A stretch of DNA of 64,000 nucleotides from an uncultured bacterium (GTDB taxonomy: Bacteria > Patescibacteriota > Minisyncoccia > Phycocordibacterales > GWA1-40-21). Shown piece after piece: positions 46,138 to 55,984 of this stretch. The stretch spans positions 47,984 to 111,983 of the forward strand of contig CAWJAN010000004.1 in NCBI GenBank assembly GCA_963840885.1, given 5' to 3'. Below the pieces are notes generated by a model. The model saw only the letters and a list, made by a program, of their open reading frames with translations, did no database searches and was not told the DNA's origin. The position numbers and the translations under genes were made by a program. Position 1 is the stretch's first letter. Each line of letters opens with the position of its first letter.

Positions 46138-48621
46138 TTATTTTCCATGGCAATTCTTGTATTTCTTACCAGATCCGCAAGGGCATGGGTCATTTCTTCC
46201 TACCTTGTCCTTTTTCTTTTCTGGAACTGATGAATTGTCGGATTTTCCTTCTCCGCCGGCTTCTTTCATTCCCTTTTGCGTCTGCTTAAGTTTATCCTCT
46301 TCTTTCTGAAAAGCTCCTGCGCCTATATGCGGCAAAAGCCTTAATATTTCTCCGTTTATAGCTTCCTGCATATCCTTGAAAAGCCTTAAGCCTTCTTTCT
46401 TGTATTCCACAAGCGGATCGCGTTGTCCGTAAGCGCGGAGATTTACGCTGCCGCGCAGATAATCCATCATCTCAAGATGATCGACCCAGAACATATCTAT
46501 TGCCTGAAGCATGAGTATCCTTGCGACCCTGTAAAATTCCGCTTCACCAAAAGCCGCCGTTTTATCAGCCACTATTTTCTGAGATTCCTCATCAAATGTG
46601 ATTTCCGCCAGTTTTTCTTTTATTTCTTCAGTGGAGCCGGAAAGTATTTTCCTTCTTCTTTCATAAATAGTTTTTCTCTGGAAATTCAGGACGTCGTCAT
46701 ACTCAAGCACCTGCTTTCTGGCATCGAAATTAAATCCCTCGATTTTCGTCTGTGCACTTTCAAGCGACCTGGTTATCATCGAGTTTTCTATCGGCTCGTC
46801 TTCCGGAATATTGAATCTCGTCATTATTTTCTTAACTGTATCTCCGGCAAAAACACGCATAAGAGTATCATCGAGCGAAACAAAAAATCTGGTCTCTCCA
46901 GGATCTCCCTGTCTTCCGGACCTTCCTCGGAGCTGGTTGTCTATCCTTCTTGCATCGTGCCTTTCGGTGCCATATACGCAAAGGCCGCCGAGAGATTTTA
47001 CTTTCTCGTATTCTTCCTTATCAAAAATCATTCCGCCGAGCTTGATATCCACGCCTCTGCCGGCCATATTGGTGGCAACGGTTACCGCGCCGAATTTTCC
47101 CGCGCCGGCGATTATTTCCCCTTCCTTCTCATGATTTTTTGCATTCAATACCTGGTGAGCAATTCCTTCCTTGTTCAGGTATTCCGAAAGCATCTCGTTT
47201 TTTTCTATGGAAACGGTTCCTATGAGCACCGGCTGTCCGGATTTATTTTTTTCTTTGACCATTCTTGCAAGGTCTTTGAACTTTCCTTTCTCCGTCTGGA
47301 AAATAAGGTCGTTCAAATCCTTTCTCATTGTCGGCTTATTGGTAGGCACAGGAGTGGTTTCCATATGATATACCTTGAAAAATTCTTCGCTTGAAGTCAT
47401 CGCGGTTCCCGTCATTCCGGCAAGCTTCTTGTATAATCTGAAATAATTCTGGTATGTGATGGAAGCATAAGTCCTAGATTCCTTCTGTATCTTGACCCCT
47501 TCTTTGGATTCTATCGCCTGATGCAATCCTTCAGACCATCTTCTCCCTGGCTGCAATCTTCCGGTAAATTCATCGACAATGACGACTTCCCCGTCTTTGA
47601 CCACATAATCTTTGTTCAGATGGAAAAGGGCTTTTGCACGGACAGCGGTTTCCAAATGATGCACGTATCTTATTCCGCCTTCCGTATATATGTTTTCGAC
47701 TCCCAAGGATTTTTCGGCCTTGTTTATTCCTTCGTCGGTGAGCTGCACGGCTTTGTGCTTTTCATCAACAGTATAATCAGTATTTTCCGCAAAATTCCTT
47801 ACTATCTTTGTGAATATTTCATAAAGCTGGCCGGAATCCGTGCTTGGCGCAGAAATAATAAGAGGAGTCCTGGCTTCGTCTATCAAAATGGAATCGACTT
47901 CGTCGACTACGGCAAAATTATATTCCCTCTGCCTGAGATTATTGATATTGTATTCTATATTGTCTCGCAGATAATCAAAACCGAATTCGTTGTTAGTTCC
48001 GTAAGTGATATCGGCTGCGTATGCTTCGTGCCTTGTGCAAGGCCTTAAAAATTCATGGACCACCTTAAAAGAACCGAGTGCGTCTCTTTCTTTGTCGAGC
48101 TCCGGCTCCTCTTTTGGAGGAATATGCGCCGGATCATACATATATGAAGCTTCATGATTTATGATTCCGACAGACAGACCTAAAAACTGATAAATCTGTC
48201 CCATCCAAACCGCATCTCTTCTCGAAAGATAATCGTTAACTGTGACCACATGAACTCCTTTTCCTTCTATCGCATTCAGATATGCCGGCAAAGTCGCCAC
48301 GAGAGTTTTTCCTTCTCCGGTTTTCATTTCAGAAATCCCTCCTTTGTGCATCAAGATTCCGCCGATAAGCTGCACATCGAAATGCCTTTGGCCCAGAGTC
48401 CTTTTCGATGCTTCCCGGACTGCGGCATATGCTTCCGGCAAAATATCATCAAGATTTTCTCCGTCAGCCATCCTTTTTCTGAATTCAACGGTTTTATTCT
48501 TCAGTTCGTCATTGGAAAGCCTGGAAATTTCAGCTTCAAAAGAGCCGATTTTCGATACTATCGGCTGCATCTCTTTTATGATTTTGGCGCTGCTGTCGCC
48601 GAAAATTTTGCTTAAAAACAT
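46138..48621 (-). CDS. secA: Preprotein translocase subunit SecA
   Basis: MKTGEGKT, DEVDSILIDEARTPLIIS, ATNMAGRG.DI, QLRGRSGRQGDPG, SEC-C motif GRNDPCPCGSGKKYKNCHG. Confidence 0.98.
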   Translation of the reverse strand: MFLSKIFGDSSAKIIKEMQPIVSKIGSFEAEISRLSNDELKNKTVEFRKRMADGENLDDILPEAYAAVREASKRTLGQRHFDVQLIGGILMHKGGISEMKTGEGKTLVATLPAYLNAIEGKGVHVVTVNDYLSRRDAVWMGQIYQFLGLSVGIINHEASYMYDPAHIPPKEEPELDKERDALGSFKVVHEFLRPCTRHEAYAADITYGTNNEFGFDYLRDNIEYNINNLRQREYNFAVVDEVDSILIDEARTPLIISAPSTDSGQLYEIFTKIVRNFAENTDYTVDEKHKAVQLTDEGINKAEKSLGVENIYTEGGIRYVHHLETAVRAKALFHLNKDYVVKDGEVVIVDEFTGRLQPGRRWSEGLHQAIESKEGVKIQKESRTYASITYQNYFRLYKKLAGMTGTAMTSSEEFFKVYHMETTPVPTNKPTMRKDLNDLIFQTEKGKFKDLARMVKEKNKSGQPVLIGTVSIEKNEMLSEYLNKEGIAHQVLNAKNHEKEGEIIAGAGKFGAVTVATNMAGRGVDIKLGGMIFDKEEYEKVKSLGGLCVYGTERHDARRIDNQLRGRSGRQGDPGETRFFVSLDDTLMRVFAGDTVKKIMTRFNIPEDEPIENSMITRSLESAQTKIEGFNFDARKQVLEYDDVLNFQRKTIYERRRKILSGSTEEIKEKLAEITFDEESQKIVADKTAAFGEAEFYRVARILMLQAIDMFWVDHLEMMDYLRGSVNLRAYGQRDPLVEYKKEGLRLFKDMQEAINGEILRLLPHIGAGAFQKEEDKLKQTQKGMKEAGGEGKSDNSSVPEKKKDKVGRNDPCPCGSGKKYKNCHGK

Positions 48622-48704
48622 GAAATGTATAATAGCATAAAAAACCGGCTTTTCCATATAAAAAACGGCGCTTTTACCGCGCCGTTTTTCAAAAGAGATA
48701 AGGC

Positions 48705-48797
48705 CTATCTTCTGGATTTTTTTGCTTTCTTTGCTTTGGATTTAGTTTTCTTTGCCTTCTTCATTTTTTTCATTTTCTTCATTTTCTTTTTAGCCAT
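48705..48797 (-). CDS. 30-aa lysine-rich basic microprotein
   Basis: Manual translation MAKKKMKKMKKMKKAKKTKSKAKKAKKSRR*; followed by terminator 48660-48689; promoter-like TTGTAA-16-TAAAAT upstream. Confidence 0.68.
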   Translation of the reverse strand: MAKKKMKKMKKMKKAKKTKSKAKKAKKSRR

Positions 48798-49013
48798 TTT
48801 TGCTGTTCCGGACTGCAAGGAGTAAACGGCATATCCGGAAAAAATTATTTTTATTAAATGAGTAGCTTATCGACCAAGTTTGAAAACTTAAACCTACTGC
48901 TGTAAATAATTTTATCCCTAAGAAAAAATATTACAATGATTTTTTAATAAAAATGTTGATAACTTTTTTAAAAATAAAATAATTTTTCCGGCATTTTTTG
49001 TTTTTTAAAAAAT

Positions 49014-49130
49014 AAAAACCGCCGCTATGCGGCGATTTTGGTTCCTTCCATTTAAGGCCGGCGAGGACTAACTCCATAAACAATATCTTTTTATGAGCGC
49101 AATCGCCGGCCATAAATAGAAATAACCTCC
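49014..49130 (-). ncRNA. Candidate small RNA (long rod hairpin plus terminator)
   Basis: TTGTCA-17-TACAAT promoter; nested pairings GGTT/AACC, TTCTATTTA/TAAATGGAA, GGCCGGCGA/TCGCCGGCC, CATAAA/TTTATG; then a CGCCGC/GCGGCG-TTTT terminator. Confidence 0.45.
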
Positions 49131-49167
49131 GTATAATTGTAAAACAACGATTAAAATTTGACAACAT

Positions 49168-49240
49168 AAAACCCCGCGAAGCGGGGTGATATGCAAGACA
49201 TTGTTTTGAGTGAGTCAACTTGTTAACTCACGCTCACGCA
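49168..49240 (-). ncRNA. Candidate small RNA (hairpin plus terminator)
   Basis: TTGCTT-17-TATACT promoter (extended TGn); stem TGAG-C-GTGAGTTAAC/GTTGACTCAC-TCA; terminator ACCCCGC-TTC-GCGGGGT-TTT; no ORF. Confidence 0.45.
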
Positions 49241-49275
49241 AAAAGTATATCATATTACTAGGTAAAAAGCAAGTT

Positions 49276-51420
49276 TTATTTGAGTGTGCCGTTCAAAATG
49301 CCGGTTATTATCTGCTGGCCTTGGTCTTTGAATCCTGAATTCGCTTGTATTGCGCTGTTTATTTCTGCAATAGCTGACGACTTATCGCCTTTTTGTATGT
49401 CAGCTTCCGCCATTATAAGATACACTCTTACGAATATGTCATTCGACATACCTTCGCCTGCCATAAGTTCTTTAGCTGCATTTATCTGGCCGTTCAATAT
49501 CATCATTGCTGCATAATACTGCTTGGCATCATCAAAGCTATTTTCTTCATCGTATGCCTGCTTGGCCGTTGCAAGAGCTTTATCGTTTTGCCCGGCATAT
49601 GCATAATTTTTCGCAAGCTCCAAAAGCATGGTCTGTTTTGTCGGGGAATATTCCACAGCCTTTTCAAGAAATGGTGTAGCCTGGCTGAACTGATTTATAT
49701 TATCCAGGAATACTCCCGCAAAAAACTGGTATCTTGCATCAAGCGGAGTCTGGCTGATCTGATTTTGGATTTCATCGTATGCCAAGTTTGCAAAATCCTG
49801 CTTTACTTGGGTGTCGGCCTGGGACTGAACCACTTGCGGAGCTATGTTCAGTATCTGCTCCCTTATTTCCGCATTGCCGAAAGTATTGTAGGAAAGAGCC
49901 TGATTGAAATAATCCAGATTTTTGGAAGGGCCTTCAGGATAGCTCTGCAGAGCCTGTATGAGGGTCGTATTTGCTTCTATCGGCTTTATGTTTACAAAAT
50001 ATAATGCAGTAAATAAAATAACCAGAAGTATCGGCGCTATTATGTAGTTTGCGACTTCGCTATTTGTAATCTTCGGATTTTCTTTAGGTTTGCCCGATTG
50101 CGCTGGCATGCCCGCTTCCCTGCTTTCCGCGTCTTTTGCGTAAATATAAGCGAGTATCATGAAGAAATAGAAGTAGCTGGTAAGATTGTCGAAAACGAAA
50201 AGATTCTGGGCGAAATACGCGGCAAGCAAGCCGAGAATTATAGCTGCATCAATAACGCCGAACTTACCTCTCTTTTTCCAAAGTATCAAAACTGCAGCTA
50301 AGAAAATTAAAAGATAAGCCAGGAGCCCCAGAATTCCTCCTGCAACGAGAATATCGAGCGGCGTATCATGAGCCCTGTCAAACCATTGTTCCTGGTCATA
50401 CATTCTTGGATCGTAGTATTTGTTGAATACGTAATTGAATCCTTCCTGTCCCCAGCCTAAAATAGGTTTTTCTTCGGCTCCTTTTATGGCCATCGGCCAT
50501 ACGTATTGCCTTGCCTGTCCTTGTCCGGCAACATCGTTCCAGGAAATTTCAGCCAGCCTTTGCAGCGTATCGCTTTTTTGCACTAGGCTTGTATTTTTAA
50601 TGGCAAAGAATCCTCCTATAATCAGTGCTATGAAAACGAGAACGGCGACAGATGATTTTTTCATAAACCCGTCTCTTTTTTCGAAAATAGCCACGGCAAT
50701 GCAAGTTATCACAAGTCCGCCCAAAAGACCGAGGATAACGCCTCTAGTGCCTGTTCTCCATATATCGAAAAAGAAAAGTACCGATAAGATTATATAAGCA
50801 TAAAAAAGCCAATTTTTGAAAATTTTTATTCCTCTTTTTGTCTCGCCCATGCTTTTTACTATGACATCCTTATAAAGAAGCAGGAGCGCCAGAAAGAAAT
50901 TGAAAAGGAAATATACTGCTACGTATATTGCATTTCCCAGATTCACATCGACTCTTGCTGCACCAGTGGTAAGCCATTGGTTTATGACATAAAAGCTCAT
51001 TATGAGAGCGGCAAAAACTGAGCTTCTGAAAAACCAGAGCCAAAGCTTTTCAGTATTCATGACGGAAGCAAAAACGAGAAGGTACATAAGAAGATGTATC
51101 TGGGTCACCCAGCCGTCCATCCTTTCAAAATTGCTCCAAAGAGCTTTCATAGGGTTTACAGCGTGTATGTCGGCAATGAGCATTATACCTACAAATGCAG
51201 CAACAGAAACAAGTATCCAGGAAAATTTCGGCCTGTATTTGGGATTTACATAAGCAAGATACACCCACAGGGTAAAAATTATTTCAACTATTATCCTGAA
51301 AGCGAAATTCTTTCCGGTAATAAACGGGAAGAACATCGTATTGGCCACAAAAAATGGGATGATGAGTATCGACCAGAGACCTGTAAGAATCGTGTATTTG
51401 ATTATTTTGTTTTCTTTCAT
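49276..51420 (-). CDS. O-antigen ligase/oligosaccharyltransferase-like membrane protein with C-terminal TPR repeats
   Basis: Many TM helices, TGTRG, KPILGWGQEGF, DRAHD Wzy_C-like motifs and a TPR-like helical tail. Confidence 0.88.
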   Translation of the reverse strand: MKENKIIKYTILTGLWSILIIPFFVANTMFFPFITGKNFAFRIIVEIIFTLWVYLAYVNPKYRPKFSWILVSVAAFVGIMLIADIHAVNPMKALWSNFERMDGWVTQIHLLMYLLVFASVMNTEKLWLWFFRSSVFAALIMSFYVINQWLTTGAARVDVNLGNAIYVAVYFLFNFFLALLLLYKDVIVKSMGETKRGIKIFKNWLFYAYIILSVLFFFDIWRTGTRGVILGLLGGLVITCIAVAIFEKRDGFMKKSSVAVLVFIALIIGGFFAIKNTSLVQKSDTLQRLAEISWNDVAGQGQARQYVWPMAIKGAEEKPILGWGQEGFNYVFNKYYDPRMYDQEQWFDRAHDTPLDILVAGGILGLLAYLLIFLAAVLILWKKRGKFGVIDAAIILGLLAAYFAQNLFVFDNLTSYFYFFMILAYIYAKDAESREAGMPAQSGKPKENPKITNSEVANYIIAPILLVILFTALYFVNIKPIEANTTLIQALQSYPEGPSKNLDYFNQALSYNTFGNAEIREQILNIAPQVVQSQADTQVKQDFANLAYDEIQNQISQTPLDARYQFFAGVFLDNINQFSQATPFLEKAVEYSPTKQTMLLELAKNYAYAGQNDKALATAKQAYDEENSFDDAKQYYAAMMILNGQINAAKELMAGEGMSNDIFVRVYLIMAEADIQKGDKSSAIAEINSAIQANSGFKDQGQQIITGILNGTLK

Positions 51421-51529
51421 AAAAATTATTATTTAAAATTAAGCTTTTCGATTATAACATAAAGATAGTTTCGCGCTAACCGAAAAAATGCTAATATTCA
51501 GGCTGAAAAATATAGATTATTTACCAACC

Positions 51530-52540
51530 ATGGCCATCAACCCAAAAGACATCAGCGTCATCATCCGCGGACTAATCGTAGGCAGCAATGATACTGATAA
51601 AAATAAGCAGTTCACGAAGCGGAGCTTGGCAAGCGTGAGAAAATACTTGCCTGGCGCGCAGATCATTGTATCTACATGGAAAGGACAGGAAACTTCCGGG
51701 TTGGACTGCGATGTTTTGATCGAGAGTGAAGAACCTGGCGTAATAGACATGATATCCAGGACTAATACTCTTTTTAAAGTTTCAACAAACAACCAGATTG
51801 TTTCCACACAAAAAGGCCTGGAAAAAGCCGATCGGAAATATTGCATCATTATGCGCACCGATATCGTGCTCTCTGGTGCAGGATTTATGAAATACTTTGA
51901 GAAATTCAATCGTGCGCCATCGTGCGGATTTGTCGAAAAAAAAGTTGTTGTATTGCCGACATTTAATGGACGTAAAAGACGGGATGTGCTTTTTGGCCCA
52001 GCCGACTGGTTCTTCTTTGGCCTGACAAAAGATATAAAGAATATCTTCGATATCCCACTTATGGATACGGCGAAGCTGGCAGGACCGAAAATAAACGATC
52101 ATTATGTCATCGGAAACAATTTCAACTGCGAATCTTATATCTGGACGAATTTCTTGAAAAAATACCAGGATTTTTATTTTCCTAACAGGAATTATTTTTC
52201 GGAAGAGGCGCTCGCGTTATCCGAAAAATCATACGCACAAAATCTGATTATGCTGCCGGCAAAAAAAGCGACGATTGGCTGCCTCAAGTTTCCACATATA
52301 GAATACGCTGCAGAACCATGGTCAAGTCAAGATCTGTATACTTTCAATGAATATAAGAAAATGTATAACAAATACAATATGGACAAGATTTTCATTATTC
52401 CAAATATTCTAGATGGTCTGGGCTCCAGGCTTATTATATGGGGGCGAAAAGTAATTCAAAAAATATTGCCGATCACATATAAAAAGATTGTGAACAGTAT
52501 CCGGACCAAACGGAAAAATTCATTCAATATAACAAAATAA
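51530..52540 (+). CDS. WavE-family polysaccharide synthesis protein (paralog 1)
   Basis: DISVIIRG, SLASVRKYLPGAQIIVSTW, NNQIVST..GL, MRTD, DWFFFG. Confidence 0.85.
   Translation: MAINPKDISVIIRGLIVGSNDTDKNKQFTKRSLASVRKYLPGAQIIVSTWKGQETSGLDCDVLIESEEPGVIDMISRTNTLFKVSTNNQIVSTQKGLEKADRKYCIIMRTDIVLSGAGFMKYFEKFNRAPSCGFVEKKVVVLPTFNGRKRRDVLFGPADWFFFGLTKDIKNIFDIPLMDTAKLAGPKINDHYVIGNNFNCESYIWTNFLKKYQDFYFPNRNYFSEEALALSEKSYAQNLIMLPAKKATIGCLKFPHIEYAAEPWSSQDLYTFNEYKKMYNKYNMDKIFIIPNILDGLGSRLIIWGRKVIQKILPITYKKIVNSIRTKRKNSFNITK
51534..51722 (+). repeat. 189-bp direct repeat, copy 1
   Basis: Identical on manual comparison to 52563-52751. Confidence 0.92.
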
Positions 52541-52543
52541 AAA

Positions 52544-53566
52544 ATGAATATATTTCAATCATCCATCAACCCAAAAGACATCAGCGTCATCATCCGCGGA
52601 CTAATCGTAGGCAGCAATGATACTGATAAAAATAAGCAGTTCACGAAGCGGAGCTTGGCAAGCGTGAGAAAATACTTGCCTGGCGCGCAGATCATTGTAT
52701 CTACATGGAAAGGACAGGAAACTTCCGGGTTGGACTGCGATGTTTTGATCGTAAACGAGGAGCCACCAAGAATTGATATGGTAGGTTCTAGTGGTTTGCT
52801 TGACCGCGTGACGGCCGATAACCAGATCCTTTCGACTCAAAAAGCTCTCGAAAAAATTGATAGGAAATATTGCATAGTCATGCGAACAGATATCCTATTT
52901 TCTGGCACCGGATTCATCAAGTATTTTGAATGGTTCAACCGTGGGACATCTTGTGGATTTGTTAAGAAAAAGATAGTCGTTTTACCTACATATAATCCAA
53001 GGAAAACCACAAAAATATTGTTTGATCCTGCTGACTGGTTCTTCTTTGGCCTTGATGAAGACATACGTAATATTTTTAATATCCCCTTGATGCATACCAT
53101 GCCTCTGGCAGGCCCAAAAATAGATGGGCACTATCTTTTTAAGAACAATTTTGGCTGCGAATCGTATCTTTGGACGAATTTCTTGAAAAAATACCAGGAT
53201 TTTTATTTTCCGAATTGGACATATTTTTCGGAAGAAGCGTTTACTTTGTCCGAAAAATCATATGCTCAGAATTTAATTATGGTTCCGGCAAACCGAGCCA
53301 ATATCACCTGTTTGAAAATGCCTAGCGCCGGATACGGTGCCCGTCCATGGCTCAGTCAGGGATTATATACGTTCCATGATTACAAAAAAATGTACAACAA
53401 ATACAATACGGACAAAGTATTAGCCATTCCCAACCCTCTGGAATCTATCGCCTATTGGTTCGCACTGAATATTCGTTTCCTGATAAAAAAATATACTCCC
53501 GTCATTTATAAAAGTATCGTTAATAAGATCCGCAAAATGCATGGGAGCTTTAATTTGCTGAAATAG
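52544..53566 (+). CDS. WavE-family polysaccharide synthesis protein (paralog 2)
   Basis: Same motifs as paralog 1; tandem duplicate. Confidence 0.85.
   Translation: MNIFQSSINPKDISVIIRGLIVGSNDTDKNKQFTKRSLASVRKYLPGAQIIVSTWKGQETSGLDCDVLIVNEEPPRIDMVGSSGLLDRVTADNQILSTQKALEKIDRKYCIVMRTDILFSGTGFIKYFEWFNRGTSCGFVKKKIVVLPTYNPRKTTKILFDPADWFFFGLDEDIRNIFNIPLMHTMPLAGPKIDGHYLFKNNFGCESYLWTNFLKKYQDFYFPNWTYFSEEAFTLSEKSYAQNLIMVPANRANITCLKMPSAGYGARPWLSQGLYTFHDYKKMYNKYNTDKVLAIPNPLESIAYWFALNIRFLIKKYTPVIYKSIVNKIRKMHGSFNLLK
52563..52751 (+). repeat. 189-bp direct repeat, copy 2
   Basis: Identical on manual comparison to 51534-51722. Confidence 0.92.
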
Positions 53567-53676
53567 CCAGATAAAAATAAAAAATAATTATGTATCAAGC
53601 ATGTATTGCTGATTTCTGAATCACTTCCTGTTAAAGCACAAAAATGCTAATCTACTTATTAACATAATAATTTTTT

Positions 53677-54960
53677 ATGGAGCTATCGATACCATATCTT
53701 AAATCAAAATGGCGCGATTCCGGATTTCAAAAGTATTTTCGCAATACCAGCTGGATGCTCTTTGGGCAGGCATCAATGGTCATTTCCCTGATTGTCAATA
53801 TATGGCTCGCCAGATATCTCGGTCCGACCAATTACGGAACTTTAAGCTATGTCCTCGCGTTTGGCGGCATATTCGGCTTTATCGCCGGACTTGGCATGAA
53901 TGATGTACTGGTGCGCGAACTGGTCCGCTATCCGGAAAAACGTGACAAGCTTTTAGGCAGTGCTTTTGGTCTTTTGAGTGTAACTGGTGTAATCGCCTTT
54001 CTCTGTGTCATCGGTTCTGCTTTTTTATTCGAACCGACAGGGCTCGTACGAACCCTTATCATACTCTATGGAACCGTCTTTCTTTTTTCACCGACGAGCG
54101 CCATTCTGGCATATTTCCAAGCTACCGTACAAGGACGCAGAAACGCCATTGTACAGATCTCAAGCGTCCTGGCTGTCGCCTGTGTAAAAGTCGCGCTTAT
54201 ACTGCTTCATAAAGGCATCGTATGGCTCATATTCGCTTTCATACTTGATATCGTAGTCGGCTCGATTATGTATATTGTAAATTACCGAGCAAGCGGCCTC
54301 AGCATGTACCAATGGACATTCGATAGGAATATAGCGAAAGCGCTCTTTATTGGATCTATATTTCTTATGCTATCCGCTGTCACATCATATTTCTTTTTGC
54401 GTATAGACCAGATCATGATCAGATTCTATCTTGGCGATACCGCCGTAGGTTTTTATGCCGCAGCCGTCAAGCTTTCTGAAATATGGTACTTCATTCCCGG
54501 AATCATATGCGCCTCAATCTTCCCTGCCATCATCAATGCTAAAAAGGTTAGTGAGGAACTCTATAAAAAACGCCTGTGGAAATTGTATGCATTCCTGGGC
54601 GGCAGCGCGCTTTTGATCGCCGTGCCAATAACATTTTTAGCTCCATGGCTCATCAGTATTCTATTCGGGAGTACATATGCGACCGCCGCGCCAATTCTAG
54701 CGATCTATATCTGGTCTGGGATCGGTCTCTTTCTCGATACCGGGCTTGATAGATATTTTACGACTGAAAACCGCCTCTTACTAGTATTCCTATACAATCT
54801 GCTTGCCGCAACAACAAATGTTATTCTTAACATCATACTCATTCCGCGAATCGGCATTACTGGCGCAGCTTGGGCGACGTTGATATCTTATTCGCTATAT
54901 CCGATTTTCGCCTTTACTATCCATTTGCGAGGATTGTATACGAACGCATATGTTGAATAA
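53677..54960 (+). CDS. Wzx-type oligosaccharide flippase
   Basis: NTSW, ARYLGP..YG, RIDQIMI....G..AVGFYAAA, LN.ILIP..GI.GAA.ATL; many TM segments. Confidence 0.92.
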   Translation: MELSIPYLKSKWRDSGFQKYFRNTSWMLFGQASMVISLIVNIWLARYLGPTNYGTLSYVLAFGGIFGFIAGLGMNDVLVRELVRYPEKRDKLLGSAFGLLSVTGVIAFLCVIGSAFLFEPTGLVRTLIILYGTVFLFSPTSAILAYFQATVQGRRNAIVQISSVLAVACVKVALILLHKGIVWLIFAFILDIVVGSIMYIVNYRASGLSMYQWTFDRNIAKALFIGSIFLMLSAVTSYFFLRIDQIMIRFYLGDTAVGFYAAAVKLSEIWYFIPGIICASIFPAIINAKKVSEELYKKRLWKLYAFLGGSALLIAVPITFLAPWLISILFGSTYATAAPILAIYIWSGIGLFLDTGLDRYFTTENRLLLVFLYNLLAATTNVILNIILIPRIGITGAAWATLISYSLYPIFAFTIHLRGLYTNAYVE

Positions 54961-55018
54961 AAGCTGTCTTGATATTGCCGAATAACGATGTTATCAATAC
55001 ATATACTATAAAATAGGA

Positions 55019-55642
55019 ATGATGAAAGAAAATAAAAAATATAAGGCAATAATTTTCGATCTCGACGGTGTTCTGGTAAATATGCCAAATGGCCATTATG
55101 AGGCATTGAATAATGCTTTAGCCTTATTCGGCGCAAAAATAAATGAAGACGAGCATTTTGATTTTTTTAACGGCCTTCCGACAAAGAAGAAGCTTGAAGA
55201 ATTGGAAAGGCAAAAAAGACTCCCTTCAGGACTTATAGAATTCATAAACGAGATCAAGCAGGATTATACAAAAGAAATCATACCGAAATACTGCAAACCG
55301 GATTATTCAAAAATAATCTTACTTAAGCAATTAAAGTCTAATGATTTTAAATTAGGGTGCTGTTCTAATTCTATAAAAGAAACTCTGCATTTGATGTTAA
55401 AATCCGCGAATATATTTGATTATTTCGACATAATAATCGGCAATGATGAAGTAAAAAATCCTAAACCACATCCCGAGATATATATAAAGTCATTTGAAGC
55501 CCTAGGGGTACAACCTGAGGAATGTATAATAGTTGAAGATTCCCAGCATGGTATTGTAAGCGCAAAAGCAAGCGGAGCGACAGTATACGAAGTAAAGGGT
55601 GTTGATGATGTTAATCTTTCGTTATTCACAAAAATATTGTAA
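55019..55642 (+). CDS. HAD-family phosphatase
   Basis: FDLDGVL, CSNS, KPHPEIY, VEDS. Confidence 0.92.
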   Translation: MMKENKKYKAIIFDLDGVLVNMPNGHYEALNNALALFGAKINEDEHFDFFNGLPTKKKLEELERQKRLPSGLIEFINEIKQDYTKEIIPKYCKPDYSKIILLKQLKSNDFKLGCCSNSIKETLHLMLKSANIFDYFDIIIGNDEVKNPKPHPEIYIKSFEALGVQPEECIIVEDSQHGIVSAKASGATVYEVKGVDDVNLSLFTKIL

Positions 55643-55645
55643 AAA

Positions 55646-55966
55646 ATGAAAAAATATAATTTAAATCAATTTACTCGGGGGTGGATTATTGGCGATTTTA
55701 CGCCCAGCATCATTCGTACAAAAGATTTCGAGTTTATGGTCAGGCATTACAAAAAAGGAGAAAAAGAGAAAAAGCATGTCCATAATAAAGCAGATGAAAT
55801 TACAGTCATTGTGGATGGTACTTTTCTAATGAATAATGAGAAATTGACTGACGGTGATATAATTCATCTGTCTCCAGGAGAACCGACAGATTTTGAATGC
55901 TTGGAAGACGGGACTACAGCAGTTATAAAAACACCTTCAGTAATCGGAGATAAATATGTTTTATAA
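55646..55966 (+). CDS. Cupin-fold protein
   Basis: GWIIGDF.P, H.H...EITVIV.G, GDII...PGE, VIKTPSV.GDKY. Confidence 0.8.
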   Translation: MKKYNLNQFTRGWIIGDFTPSIIRTKDFEFMVRHYKKGEKEKKHVHNKADEITVIVDGTFLMNNEKLTDGDIIHLSPGEPTDFECLEDGTTAVIKTPSVIGDKYVL

Positions 55967-55984
55967 ATTAATAATATAAAAAAT

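Noticed and set aside
46423-47394. 323-aa plus-strand ORF
   Set aside because: Antisense shadow of secA with no motifs. The same applies to the many other shadow ORFs in the track.
48900-49013. AT-rich stretch with one DnaA-box-like sequence (TGTTGATAA) as a possible oriC
   Set aside because: Only one imperfect box, no cluster, and no dnaA/dnaN nearby.
48931-49218. 95-aa minus-strand ORF (or 60 aa from ATG 49113)
   Set aside because: It crosses terminator-like hairpins and a promoter, and the SD-ATG gap is 12 nt. Structured RNA explains the region better, though coding is not fully excluded.
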